Below are positions 1-14,234 of a stretch of DNA of 64,000 nt, one piece after another. Below the pieces are notes generated by a model. It was not told where the DNA came from and did not search any database. It saw nothing but the letters and a program-made list of their open reading frames with translations. The stretch is taken from contig OX597825.1 in NCBI GenBank assembly GCA_951406725.2, positions 17,980,001 through 18,044,000 of the forward strand, given 5' to 3'. A program made the translations under genes and the position numbers. Source of the stretch: Octopus vulgaris (taxonomy: Eukaryota). Within the stretch, counting starts at the first letter, position 1; each line of letters starts with the position of its first letter.

Positions 1-234
1 TGTTGAATAATTAATTTGGTAAGCAAACAAAGAGTAAACGATCACAGAGTTCTTATATATCTCTTTAGGTAAGTCATTTATTTGTTTGTTAATTTAATGT
101 AATTTTGCTCCACTATTTCATACAATCCAGTAGACATGGTTTCTTTTCGTTTATTTATTCCACAGTAGTTTACCTGCCAGATGTTCCTTCCCAAACCATG
201 TACTGTTTCTAGTTTCCACATAACATGTTTCCAC

Positions 235-380
235 CCTGAGATGGAAGCATAGATGTTAGTCAGACGAGGGAAACGTCATTACACACCGACAACTTCTTTG
301 TAGACATTAGTCAGGACTTCGAGGCAGTGATGACTGACCAAGAAGGGTGGCGGGTTGACTGTTGTTGTAAGAATCAGATC
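235..380 (+). pseudogene. Decayed RTE-clade LINE ORF C-terminus (possible)
   Basis: Manual translation LHTDNFFVDISQDFEAVMTDQEGWR resembles the RTE terminal motif TYxDxLxxDxG..DLxxxMxDRxxWR. Confidence 0.3.
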
Positions 381-474
381 ATAACAATCATAATTTATAT
401 AGACAGAGACGGATAGATAAATAATTATGCACTCTATCACACAAATACACACATACACACACACACGCACATAT

Positions 475-692
475 GAAGGTGCGTGGCCTAGATGATGGGT
501 TCGATTACCAGATCGAAAGCGGCTTTATGTTCTTGAGCAAAACATTTCACTTCATGTTGTTCCAATCCAGCTCTCAATGGATGACCCTGAGATGGATTTG
601 CCTCTCAACCAAGAGGAGTGCTGGCCAGCTCACCTAGCCAGCAAAGTGACATCCTTTGTAACATTGCGAAGCGTATAGTGACCGGCGATACT
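475..692 (+). mobile_element. Degenerate tRNA-derived SINE
   Basis: Head GGTGCGTGGCCTAG, B-box GGTTCGATTACC, CORE-like TGTTCTTGAGCAAAACATTTCAC; tail ATTGCGAAGCGTATAGTGACCGGCGAT resembles the tail of the SINE at 14235. Confidence 0.6.
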
Positions 693-693
693 A

Positions 694-753
<60 letters not shown>

Positions 754-758
754 ACATG

Positions 759-793
<35 letters not shown>

Positions 794-1227
794 TATATAT
801 ATATATATACATATATATATACATATACATATATATACATATATATATATATACATATATATTTTTATTTATATATTCAATCTATTTATTTTGTTAATTT
901 GTACGCTTGTGTATATATTAATTATCCATATTAGTTTTGTTTATATTTTCTCTTTTCTAATCAAGCGAATGAATACCCGATCCTCTTGTGAATAGAAAGA
1001 ACAGTTACAAAACTGCCTAGACATAATTACATAACGGTTTCTTAAATTGGAACAATGTACATTGTATTGTCTTGTTAAGAGAACTGTCAAACAAAGATTT
1101 ACACACTCCCATTTTCACACATACACGTACGCATAAATATATTCATAAATGTTTGTGTACGTGTGAAGGCCAACAGGTTTCTGACTAGTGATGTATGATA
1201 TATGATATATGATATATATGATATATA

Positions 1228-1276
<49 letters not shown>

Positions 1277-3094
1277 GATAGACAAGAATAAAAATTGGCA
1301 TTCTGAAGACATGTAAAATAATAAAAAATAATAGAAAATAATAAAATAATGAATAGAATAATAATATGAAAATGAATAAAAGAGGAGAGACTATTAAAAA
1401 ATTTAATGGGAAAAAGCATTGAAAGAATCAAAATATTACAACTTTACAAGGGTTACAAAAGATGGATGTTGCTTGAGAAATATTTTAAAGGTTATGAAAT
1501 TTATAAAAAAAAGTATTTTTGTTTGTTTTTGTTTCAGATTTCATTTTCTGTAACTCTTTATAGCATTTATGACCAGTGTCGTCTTTGAACACGAAATGTT
1601 TAAGAGAATATTTACGACACAGCAACACAGTTCTCATAATAATGATGCCACAAAGAGATAAGCGCATACAGCAATACATACGCTCACTCGCTCACACTTA
1701 TATTTGTATACCTAAGCACACGCACACATACATGTACATATATATGTGTGTGAGTGTGTATGTACATATGAATATGCACGCACTCTTCAACACGTTCAAC
1801 ACTGCCACCCACAATTACATCTAATCGTATACATCGACACATGTACAAGCACATCTGCGAAAGTATATGCACACATACATACAGACACGATCACAAACAC
1901 CACATACACACATATAGAAGTAAAATAAAGTTCTTTGTTGCTTTAATTGACTTTGATTTCAATAATTTTACAAGCAATTTTTGTTTGTAAACTTGTCTCG
2001 TGTTCTGAAATAGTTTCTTTTTTGTTTGTTCTGCTTTCTTTGTTCTTTTCATTTTTGTTGAGTTTGAAAATTTATCAAAGGTAAAACAATACACCAAACC
2101 ACGCATCACAACTGTGTTTACAGTGTTTCATTTATTTTTGAACATTATGCAGAATTAACAACGAAGGAGAGTGGCCTACCCAAACCTTTCCTTCGAATAC
2201 TGTCCAACTCTCTCATAAAATTTTAGAATGTATGGAAATTTAATTCATATTATTTCTCTTATTTTCTACCGACAATATTCTTTTTTTTCTTTGGTGTCTT
2301 TTATTCGTCAACCAACATCATTGATTTCAATGAAGATAACAATATCTCTTATTGTGAATTTCATACTAGAAACTATTACATTAAACAAACCGTAGTCCTG
2401 GTCGTTAAGCCACTGAACAGTTTCAACAACGGTAAAAACAACAACAGAAATTAATAATCAATATTAAGGGCAAAGCCTTGGATACAGGCCTTCTGCCAGT
2501 TTATAGTGTGGTATCATTAAAAATAGAGACAACAAAAAAGTATAATCTTACCAGCTCATATCCTTCAATGCGAGGCCATCAACTAATGTGACGAAAATTG
2601 ATTGGTCTTATAGATTTTATGTGTGATTCATAGCGCGACTCGGCCTTTTGTTATGAAACAATGACAGAGAAAATCACCATCTATTTGCCTAGTAACTGAA
2701 AGCGATTGTGTTCTACCGTGTCGAAGAAATATGGTACGAAAAGGAAGTAGTCACATCATGTTACGACTAACATGTAGAATCACCGCACTTCATAAAATGG
2801 GCAGTATATTATAGTTTTTCTATTCGTCTTGGCATAGAGTTTTATAGAAAGAGTGTGGAAAATTAGTTATTTTAGTAGTTAAAATTCTAAAATCTGCATT
2901 AACAACACATAATTATTAAATCTGGTGTGAAATATTTTATGGTCTAAGCTGTCCCTGTGGGTCTTCCTATACTGCACGGAATATTATTAACTAGTTGAGA
3001 ATAAAGCGCTTTTGCAGTGTTTGAACCGTTAATGTAATTTTAAAAGAGCGTAACATTTATATAGTCAAATCCTTTGAAAATTATTTTAGTAGTT

Positions 3095-3330
3095 ATTTCC
3101 CAAAATGCAAGTGGCCTAGATGGAGTTCCTCCGAAGCATTCTTGGAGTAAAGTTCGTTACTGGATAGAGTTCATAGCTCGGCGATCAGACAAAAGCCGCC
3201 ACTTTTCCAAATCGAGAGATCACAGGTCTGATTCTACGGAATTGTGGTAAGACAGTCTCATCAATGAATCGCTGATCACATTTTACAGGCAAAACGAACG
3301 AATTTTATTCTTCATTCAAATACGACCTTG
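3095..3330 (+). pseudogene. Highly decayed LINE (RTE-like) reverse transcriptase N-terminal fragment
   Basis: Translation NASGLDGVPP at ~3104-3133 resembles KAxGxDGIPPE; FIQIRP at ~3311-3328 resembles LNRIRP; frameshifted in between. Confidence 0.3.
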
Positions 3331-3442
3331 TTAAAAGTCAAACGTTATAAAATCTGATTTTGAAATAAATTGTTTATTAAGACATTAAGGTTAATTCTTA
3401 CTTCTTTCTTTATTTATTTATTAGAGAAAGAGAAGCATTTTT

Positions 3443-3616
3443 AGTATTTATGTATTGTTAGTAAGTCACATGAGACATAGATCAGAACTGGGCCCCTAAT
3501 ATGTTCACTGCTGTTTTAAAGTATATGCACACTAGACAGTTGCCCAAGGCCATACGGATTTAGGGGCCCAATTCTGAGCTATGTAACATGTGACTTAATA
3601 ACAATACATAAATACT
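3443..3616. repeat. 57-bp-arm inverted repeat (fold-back)
   Basis: 3443-3499 AGTATTTATGTATTGTTAGTAAGTCACATGAGACATAGATCAGAACTGGGCCCCTAA is a near reverse complement of 3560-3616. Confidence 0.9.
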
Positions 3617-3675
3617 GTAGAGCCCAAAGCATTGATTTCCCTGAGCCTATAATAATACTGTCAAGATCACCATTG
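3507..3675 (+). mobile_element. Short dispersed MITE-like element; diverged relative at 34883-35043
   Basis: Colinear similarity (AGTTGCCCA.GG ... CAATA.ATAAATAC ... AAT.CTG...AGA) between the two loci. Confidence 0.5.
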
Positions 3676-4765
3676 ATATTTTACATCCTGCACAATTATG
3701 CCCGTGAGTTGATTTTCGGACGCATATAATTAGAATTAAAATGCTTTGCTATTTCACAAATAGCTAAACCGTTATATATGTGATGTAGAGTGCGTTCATC
3801 AAGTTAAATTAATATACGTCTATAACAAAATTTACATTAGTAGAAATGACACTAATATGAAACTCGTAGAGAAGATGACAACGTTCGAATGTTGCTCCTA
3901 GAAAGTTAGATCTGTATATGATATTAATGCCGCCCATAGAAAAGACAACTTCAAAAGGAAAATAAATTATATTTCTTGTTATATGTATTTAACGTTTCTA
4001 CATTTAAATAAATCGGTATGTGACATTTTTTTGGAAATATTATTCCACAAAATTTACGTATGCCTTCTAACGTATATATTTCAGATATATTAGTAATGCA
4101 AAAATAAAAATGCAAGGCATATATGTGTGTTAGTGCAATAATGTATATATATGTAATAGGCATATTTACATATTTCGATATGTATGCATATGAGTATGGT
4201 ATTTATTATTCCGTGGATTTGATATTTGGATTAATGCTTTTAAAATTACATAATTTTAGAATAATCTCTGCTACATTTCCAATGATTATGCATATCGCAT
4301 TACACTAACACACGCTCACGAACACATACTGGCAGATTCATATTTAAACATATATATATATAAATTCATAAATATATGTATAAATAAATATATATATATA
4401 TACAATACATACGTATATATGTGTATGTGTGTGTGTATAGACAGAGAGAGAAAGAGAGTGAGAACAACACATAATACATACGGATATATAGACAGGTAGA
4501 TAGTTAGAGTGATATATAGATAGATAACTGCGCGCCCGGGAGAGCTTATACACGTTAGACACGAAGAATATGTAGAAATCTCTCACCGTTGCACGGAAAT
4601 AACATTTCTAATTGGATCGCGGCACTTTTGTGTATGTTTAGTTGTTATTTGCATTATATAACATTAGTTTGTAAACTAACTGAATCACCTGTAGATAATG
4701 GAACACCTCGTGCAGAAAATTAGTAATGTTATATACTTTTTTGACACTATCGCTTCACGTATTGG

Positions 4766-4834
<69 letters not shown>

Positions 4835-5105
4835 TAAAATTTTAAATATATTTATGGCATTTACATTTGATATGTTGTGTCGCTCGGATTACAAAATGTA
4901 AAATTATTATATATACTGATCTATATACCGGCTTGTTCCAAAAATAAAATATATAGATTCAAAGAGTGCGTGTGGATATATACGAAAACACACACACATA
5001 CACATACACGCACACAAACGCACCCACATATACTTAATAGCAACAAATATATATACATATATATATATATATATATTGTATATTCGTAATAACAACATGC
5101 ATACT

Positions 5106-5150
<45 letters not shown>

Positions 5151-6423
5151 GGACACACACATACAAACACATATGTGTATGTATGCATTAATGTATATAT
5201 CATGCAATTGCATACACACATACACATACATATAAGTAATTGAATACTTCATGAAATATTTTGTATAATGTTTGGCCAAGAAAATTTCGTGTAAAACGGT
5301 TTCATGTAAAATCAGACTTCCATAAGAGGAAATATCAAACCAGCAATCGTCAGATATGGTTGTCTGAGAAAGGAATAAACATCGTCTTTTAAGTAAATCT
5401 GCAGATAATTGCTTTCGATCAGGATAAAGATAATCTGTAGACCCTAACTATGTAAAAAAAAAAAAAAAAAAAGTGCGGATCAAAATTCGAACAGATTGCA
5501 GCCATACTAATCCACAGATCTGCTAAGACATTTGGAGTTATAGCCCTTGGCTTAACTTGAAAAACCTTATTTGAATCCAAAATATGTTATAAACGTGACA
5601 CGTTGATGTAGGTATATTAGCTACACACACCTGTGAAGCAAACTGAAAAAAAAAGAAGAATGATACCGGAAGTCGCTGTGGCTCTTGGTATATAAATTAT
5701 TAAATATTAATTCATTTATAGAGTTAAAATACTAGGCGACGTCCCTAGAATTCGAACTCAGTACGACAAAGAAGCGCATCAAATCGAAAGCATTCTCTTT
5801 GGCGCAGTAATGGCAGACAACCCACTGCTTCCTATTTTTCTGGTCCTCACTCATTCTCATAAATAATCTCTCTTTTAATATACAAAAAACAAATAACACG
5901 CGTCTGTACTTAGACACACACACATATATACATATATAAATATATAAAGAGAGAGAGAGAGAGAGAGAGAAAGGCAGAAACAAACAAGCAAACAGAGAGA
6001 CAGGCAGGCAGATAGATAGATAAATTGATAGATGGATAGTCATGTGCATAGCTACAAGTCTACATACGTTCGTACTTATAGAAATACACGTTCGCATATA
6101 AATAAATGCTTCGATAGCGGAGAGAAAGAGAGTCAGAGGGACAGAAAGGTAGAAAGGCAGTGACAGAGAGAGAGAGGGAGAGAATATCTACTTTTGTTTG
6201 TCTTCTCGGATATCTATTTGTACATATCTTTCTTATTAAATATTGAAATACATTGCATGTTATATATCAATACTATAATTATTTATGAACACACGCACAG
6301 ACACACAAACTATGCTCGTATTGCTCTCATGCGCACATATATAGATATATGTGTATGTACTCATAATATGATATAACATATTGTACCAATATATATATAT
6401 GTATATGTATCTATCTATCTATC

Positions 6424-6468
<45 letters not shown>

Positions 6469-6533
6469 TAGATAGATATATATATATAATGTATCTATAT
6501 ATCTATCTATATGTATATACATATATATATGTA

Positions 6534-6593
<60 letters not shown>

Positions 6594-6599
6594 CATATG

Positions 6600-6697
<98 letters not shown>

Positions 6698-7034
6698 CAT
6701 GCAAATATACACACACGCATAAACGTCTAAAGATACAGATAGCCATGCATATATATATATATATATATATATCTTCAAATGTCTTCACATTATAGATATC
6801 TCTTCACCACCAAATTATACCGCACTGTTATGTCCTGGCGGCCTCTTTTGATATCTTCTGTTTCTCAACGTTTACGCCAGTGTCACAGCAGGAAGTTATG
6901 TACATATTTAATTAAAGTTACATCAAACGTGTCCACATGCTACGATTTACAGTGTAACACGAGATCTACTTAAATCAATTGTATTCCGAGAAACATCATT
7001 CTACAACATTCCTTTTTATCTAATTTCATTTTCT

Positions 7035-7049
7035 TTATCATTATTATTA

Positions 7050-7098
<49 letters not shown>

Positions 7099-7145
7099 TA
7101 TTATTATTTACCATTATTATTATCATTATTATTATTATTATTTAC

Positions 7146-7200
<55 letters not shown>

Positions 7201-7203
7201 TAC

Positions 7204-7237
<34 letters not shown>

Positions 7238-7530
7238 TAAAATAATTATTATTATTATTATTATTATTATTTATCATCATCATCATCATCATTATTATTA
7301 TCATTATTATTATCATTACTATTATTATTATTATTTTTATTATTACTATTACTATTATTATTATTAATATTACTATTATTATTATTACTATTACTATCAT
7401 TATTATTACTATTATTATTATTATCATTTTTATTATTATTATTATTATTGTTATTATTATTATCATTATTATTATTATTATTATTATTATAATTATTATC
7501 ATTATTATTATCATCATCATCATTATTCAT
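7035..7530. repeat. (ATT)n/(ATC)n compound microsatellite
   Basis: Direct inspection. Confidence 0.97.
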
Positions 7531-8310
7531 ATGTATTCGTCTATCTTTTATTTCAATTCATATTCTACTTCGCTTTTTTTTTAATTTTTTTTTTTTTTCA
7601 TTATCCATATCTTTCGATAAGAAATTTCTCTCTATTTCCACAATTTATCCTTTCTGTTATGTCATAACTTATCTAGAATTCTGTATGAATCAAATCGAAT
7701 TCATTACTTCGTCACTTCTTTCTTTCCGATGTTTTCCCTTTATTTCTCCGCATTTCGTTCTTCTTTGAATGTTTCTTAATTTATATATACAAAATCTATT
7801 ATATATATATATATACGTATGTGCCCGCGTGTGTATATCTATGTACGTATGGCTGTTTATGCATTATTTTAATATCCTGTTTTTTTACTGTATATATATT
7901 TTATTTTTTCTTTCCTAAATTTGACCATATTTGAAGGATTATGTATTATTTTGTAAATTATTCCGATAAAATATCAACAACTTTAATTTTTAGAGCTCTG
8001 TAACATTTTCATTTGTGTTCTTGTTTTTTTTCGTTTTTTTTTTTTACTTTCCTTAAATTGTTTCCATGATTTTTATTTTCCTAATTCCCTTTTATTTTAT
8101 ACGTAGAAGCAAATCTTCAAGGTTTCCAGAATATATTTCGATTACTTTAATTGTAATTCCGTATGCTACATATGAGTATATTTATTCCGGCAACGAAAGA
8201 AACTATATGCAGTTTCTCAAGTTACTAGCTTTAGTTATGTCAGGCTAGATTTTAAACAATTTGCTCCATTTCAATAAGAAAGGAATTAAAAATTCAATAT
8301 AGTAAACCCC

Positions 8311-8540
8311 TCTTTTACTCTTTCACTTGTTTCAGTCATTTGACTGTGGCCATGCTGGAGCACCACCTTTAGTCGAGCAAATCAACCCCAGGACTTATTC
8401 GTTGTAAGTCTCGTACTTATTCTATCGGTCTCTTTCGCCGAATCGCTAAGTTACGGGGACGTAAACACACCAGCGTTGTTGGGGAGGGGACAAAGACAGA
8501 GACACAAACATATACACACACTTACACATACATACATACA

Positions 8541-8615
<75 letters not shown>

Positions 8616-8782
8616 GTGTATAACACGGATTTATTTCAGTTTCCTTCTATCAAATCCACTCACAAGGCTTTGATCAGCCCGAGGCTATAGAAGACACATG
8701 CCCAAGGTTCCTCGTAGTGGGATTGAACCTGGAATCATGTGGTTCGTAAGCAAGCTACTTACCACGCAGCCACTCTTACCCC
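8311..8782 (-). mobile_element. Family A tRNA/CORE-like SINE with internal (ATAC)n(TA)n tract
   Basis: Reverse complement has A-box GTGGCTGCGTGG, B-box GGTTCAATCCC, CCTTGGGCATGTGTCTTCTA and tail ATGACTGAAACAAGT; more than 12 copies in the window. Confidence 0.9.
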
Positions 8783-8821
8783 TTATACTTTTTATAAAGA
8801 TGTTCCCAGTTTATATCAGAT

Positions 8822-8990
8822 ATATATATGAACTTTACACAAAGATTAAATACAACAACGCGAGGATGTAGAACAAGTATAGTGTTATTGGACGTTCGGG
8901 AAAGGAATTAAAGAAGGAGGATTAACGTTTCGAGCCGAGCTCTTCGTTAGAAACATAGAAAAAAGGGAGGGTCCAAGGAATGGAAGACAG
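8822..8990 (-). mobile_element. Penelope-like pLTR fragment with degenerate minimal hammerhead motif
   Basis: Minus strand CTAACGA-AGAGC-TCG-GCTC-GAAA-CGTT (8950-8924); downstream sequence colinear with 46433-46550, which follows a Penelope RT fragment. Confidence 0.6.
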
Positions 8991-9941
8991 AGGAAAAAAT
9001 CGCCAACGATACATACGCGGTCAGATATTGAATGACCGGAAGAGAATGAGTAGTGAAATTAATATGAAAAATACAACCTAAATCTATGCAGGTTATAGCT
9101 GTTAACTCTTTTGATGTGAACAAATTGATGATAGAACTATTCACAAATGGCATGGTATCGAAACGCTACTAAATTATTGGTAATTCCTTAACGTAATGTA
9201 ACTTTGTGTCTAATACAGCCTCCTCCACGATCTGTACCCAATCATCGATATGGGAATAAATGCGTAAATAAATATATAAAGAGATAGATAGATATACAGA
9301 TAGATAGACCTAGCTAGATAAATAAATACATGAATCCACAAATGCATAAATAAATTTAGTATCATTTCTCTGCAGTTGCGTTCAGCAGACAACGCAGATA
9401 TGAAGTCGAGAGGTTAGCTCGCCTCTTAAGTCACGTAAAAGATCAACAGCGAATATCGAGCTCACATTTTAAAGTAGATAGCTATGAAAAAACAACAACA
9501 AAAAAACAAAAAAAAATTCACGTAGGCAGAAGCGATCATCCAATTAGTCTGAGCGTTTTTTTTTTTTTTTTTTTTTGTTCCTGTCTGCCACTGAGATCCC
9601 ACACTGGGATCGATAAACATTTCCTGGTTTTAATTGAATACGAAAGTAATACCTTATTTACATTCTGGGGCACTTTCTATCTCTCTGTCTCTCTTCTCTG
9701 TTTCTCTCTTCTCTCTCTCTCTCCCCTCTCTCTCTCTCTGTCTCTCTCAATAAACGGTATACAGACAACTTTAAACGTATAGGTACATGCACACATACGA
9801 GGCAGAAACACATATGAACACATACATATATACACACATATATATATATACATGCGTGAGTCTACATAAAATACAAAACCGCACACGCATAAATGTATAT
9901 ATATATATACGTATATATATGTATATATATATATGTATAAA

Positions 9942-9995
<54 letters not shown>

Positions 9996-10621
9996 TGTAT
10001 GTATATATGTATGTATGTATGCATGTGTGGGTGTACACTCATATGAATAGAAAACCGTTAAAAACAAGAAAGTATATATATTTGTTTGTATGCTTGTGTG
10101 TGTATGTGTGTGTGTGTGTGCGTGTGTGTGCATGTGTGCGTAAATGAATACATTTACATTCAAACCTACACAGGCAAAGACACACACACACGTATATACA
10201 CTCTCCACCACACGTATTTATCTATATATATACACGCATCTTCATATATATATAACAAATAGAAAAGAGCATGATGTTGGCTTTATATTTACCGGATATC
10301 ACTGGAGTTTCATGTACGTCATGTATACCAGTGATCGGCCATATGACATATAAATAGCTAAATTCTGTAAAGAACGATAGGGTAAAATTCTGATTGCACT
10401 TGGAATTTACAACGAAGCGGAGTCAGCGAAATTCAGCAACAAAATGGGTGACAGAAAATGTGTGTATATCACTGCTATGGTTTTATGGAACCCACAGTGT
10501 GACATCACCCAACTGTACTTACACCCAAAATATTGTTGTAACTAAACATTAGGAATAATTACAAGTACTTCTGACGTTGTAAGACTCTCAGATAAAATCC
10601 GTCTGTTTACGGCAATTAAAT

Positions 10622-10797
10622 GTTACATTATTGACATTATTTATATTTGACGGATACTTGTTTCGGCTGATATACCCTCCGGCCTTCATCGAGTGTCTTG
10701 GGGAAACGGCGTAGTGGTTAAGAGCGCGGTCTACTAACCCCAATTAAGATCGCGGTCTACTAACCCCAGTTCGATTCCAGGAATTGACCTAAATAAT

Positions 10798-10867
<70 letters not shown>

Positions 10868-11016
10868 TCGAAAAATACCTTAGACATTGGAACCTAGGTT
10901 CACAATTTCCCCAAGATACCTGATGAAAGCTAGAGGGTATATCAGACGAAACGTTGTGTTAATCAACAATAAAGATGAGGACATATATAATTCCTCACCC
11001 TTAAATATAGAAATGT
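10622..11016 (+). mobile_element. Composite element: inverted HHR-bearing repeats flanking a tRNA-like head and (AAT)n
   Basis: 10660-10706 is the reverse complement of 10906-10952; A-box GGCGTAGTGGTT at 10708; B-box GTTCGATTCC at 10769-10778; possible TSD AATTAAAT at 10614 and 11017. Confidence 0.75.
10915..10960 (+). ncRNA. Minimal type I hammerhead ribozyme motif (stem II decayed in this copy)
   Basis: GATAC-CTGATGA-(stem II)-GAAA-C-GTT-GTGTT; stem I GAUAC/GUGUU pairs with wobbles; palindromic AACGTT stem III is typical of PLE minimal HHRs. Confidence 0.6.
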
Positions 11017-11109
11017 AATTAAATAGTAGTCATAGAATATTTAGAAAGTGGAGGAAATTTATACAGATTTTGTGTTTTCACTACGCCCGAGACATTAAAT
11101 CTTGTACGA

Positions 11110-11508
11110 AGGCGGTGAGCTGGCGAAATGCTTAGCGGTATTTCGTCTGCCGCTACGTTCTGAGTTCAAATTCCGCCGAGGTTAACTTTGCCGTTCATCC
11201 TTTCGGGGTCGATAAATTAAGTACCAGTTACGCACTGGGGTCGATATAATCGACTTCATCCGTTTGTCTGTCATTGTTTGTCCTCTCTGTGTTTAGCCCC
11301 TTGTGGGTAGTAAAGAAATAGAAATAGGAACTTGGTCTGTCTTTACGTTCTGAGTTCAAATTCCGCCGAGGTCGACTTTGCCTTTCATCCTTTCAGGGTC
11401 GATAAATTAAGTACCAGTTACGTACTGGAGTCGGTCTTATCTGCTGCCTCCCTGCTCCCCCCCCAAAAAAAAAAAATTTCGGGCCTTCTGCCTAGTGTAG
11501 AAAAGAAT
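11110..11508 (+). mobile_element. Family B tRNA-derived SINE (Meta/MESC-like central domain), dimeric
   Basis: GGCGGTGAGCTGGC head; GAGTTCAAATTCC B-box; GCCTTTCATCCTTTCGGGGTCGATAAATTAAGTACC-like domain present twice. Confidence 0.88.
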
Positions 11509-11594
11509 ATATTTCTTAACGATGATAACTACTAAAATAAAAGTAATATATTATAATATATATGACTATATATTTCTGACTATAATGAATAACA

Positions 11595-11600
<6 letters not shown>

Positions 11601-11644
<44 letters not shown>

Positions 11645-11694
11645 TCTCTCTCACTCTCTCTCTCACTCTCTCTCTCTCTCACTCTCTCACTCTC
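11601..11694. repeat. (CT)n microsatellite
   Basis: Direct inspection. Confidence 0.95.
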
Positions 11695-13997
11695 ATATCA
11701 TTACGTTTCAAATTTGTTTTCCATTGATACCTTTTCTTTAATTTATTCACTTAAACAGTAGATATCAGGCATATTAGCATGTTTCATTCATCTTACATTT
11801 GAGTTTAGTTCTTATCAATTCGCAAATCGAGGATTATTATTGATGAAATCATTACAGTAATGCGCAATAAATTTTATTGCAATATGTTATATATTTGTAT
11901 AGTTGTATTACTGTATACACCTTCGGCAGTAGAGTCGCTTCGTTAAATAAACCCCCCTTTTATATGTTAAAAATTTAATAATTATATCACATTTAATGTA
12001 AGAGTTAAAACGATCGATGTATCGCTTGTTCGATACTGATAATTAAGTATAAATATTTTTCGGTAGGGCAGAAAATAAATTAACAAAAAGACGTACGAAC
12101 GAAGTGGATTCGTTTGGCCTGAAGTAAAACTATTACTTTCGGTGCTCCCCTCACAGTACCTACAAAGACTTTTATCATTACTCTATCGATACAGAACTGC
12201 AATATAATAGCGTGTACATCTAGGACATATGAATCATATCGCTTCAATCTAGAATATAAAGAGAGTAGAAAGTGCAGTGAATGCATGTCAATTCACCATT
12301 CCATTAAATACTCCGTTTCATGCCTTATTAATCTACTGCTTCCTTTGAGTTATTTCCTCGGAGAATTTCTACTGATCTAGAACTTGAAATCAAATTAATT
12401 ATGAATTAACGAGACTTGGTTGCAACTATACACGACATTCATACACGATTACTTCAAATAACTCATAACTACGCATGCCGAATAAAATTCCTTACGCAGC
12501 GCCGAGGATCGATAGACAAGGTATAAATTCTAATATTTGCTTTGAGGTTTCCAGTAGTTAATTGTTGTTTAAAACAGGAAGAATATCCGGATAATGAATA
12601 TGTTTTCATATAACAACGTGTCAATATACGTGTTTTATATATATGTGAGTTTATGCCAAACAAATAGAAACAAGCGGAATAATGCACAACTCCTCGGAAA
12701 TGACCTGTAAGTTTTCTTCATTAATTTTATGAGCCCCACGAATATCCCTGCATATATTTTAAGAAAATTACTTTAATTCAAGTATACAGTGTTACGTAAT
12801 CTAATCTGTATGCAAATCTAAATGTGTTTCTCTTGTCGCATGATTTTAGTTCGACACAAATAACAAGGTGCTGCTTTATAAAGTCAGGTTAAGTGGTTCA
12901 GTTAATATAGATAGGAACCTTTGTTTGAAATTTCTACTTCAAACATATTAATCAATCAAATTCTCATAAATGTCACTATATGGAACACGGTGAACATACC
13001 TTAACGTATAGGTTAATTGCTCGTTTCTATAGACCCTGGTAAAACTTGAACGCACAAACAAATGAACAGAAAATTTCTACTATCTTTCTCTTGCGTATAC
13101 CCTCTCTAACATCACATTATCTAATCTCGTCTCTAAAAAATAATCCAGAACTCACTATTTTTCAAACGATTGAAATTCATCACATTATTCAACATTTCCT
13201 TTCTCGTTTGAAAGAGTAGAGTATAATCTAAGAGAGATTTGCGGTTTATGTTTAGCAGTTGGAGTGACTGCATAGAGGCTCCGTTTTGTCTAGTTCACTT
13301 CTCGTTCGATACACTATCTCAAATATACATTAGTTTTAACTTGAATCCAGTAACAACCAACCGAATCAAATGTAATAAACTTACTCAATAAATGTCAGGG
13401 AAAGCTGAAATATTTAGAAAAAAAAATGTTAAAACTAAAAGGAGGAATAGAACATATTGACATCCATTGTGTCATTCATAACAATAAGTTGCGTTTATCA
13501 TTTAATTTCACGTAATATATCTGGAAATTAGATTATGTCATATTGTAAGGATGATATAATAAATAATTCGATAGAAAATTGCCGGTTTATGAATTGGCAG
13601 TAATTATAGAAATCGGTCGACGTCAGTGAATAAAGTAACCAATCAGCTGAGTTATCGAGTGAATTTGTACATGGACGGCTTCCGTCCCTGTAACGTTTGA
13701 TATGACGTAATGAAAAAATTCTTCCAGATGGATAAGTTAAAGTTAGAAAAAAAAAATGAGATTATTCACAGCATTTGCTGTTTCAAGAATGATCAAAAGG
13801 ACATAAGAGATAACTCAATATTATAAGTCTTCATTAGACCTTAGGCTACAGTTATACTACAATGGCATACGCCGACAAGCTATTTTGTATATGTATATAT
13901 ATATACCCATACTTACACGTACACATGTCGGTGTATACAGATACACATGCTTGTCAGTGTCTATATGTGCATGCTCACATGAATATATATATATATA

Positions 13998-14064
<67 letters not shown>

Positions 14065-14154
14065 ATATATATATATATAGACCCATACATACACTTATAC
14101 ACGTCAGTATATACAGATACACATGCTTGTCAGTGTTTATATGTGCATGATCGC

Positions 14155-14196
<42 letters not shown>

Positions 14197-14234
14197 ATAT
14201 ATATATGTATATATGTGTGTGTGTATGTGTGTGT

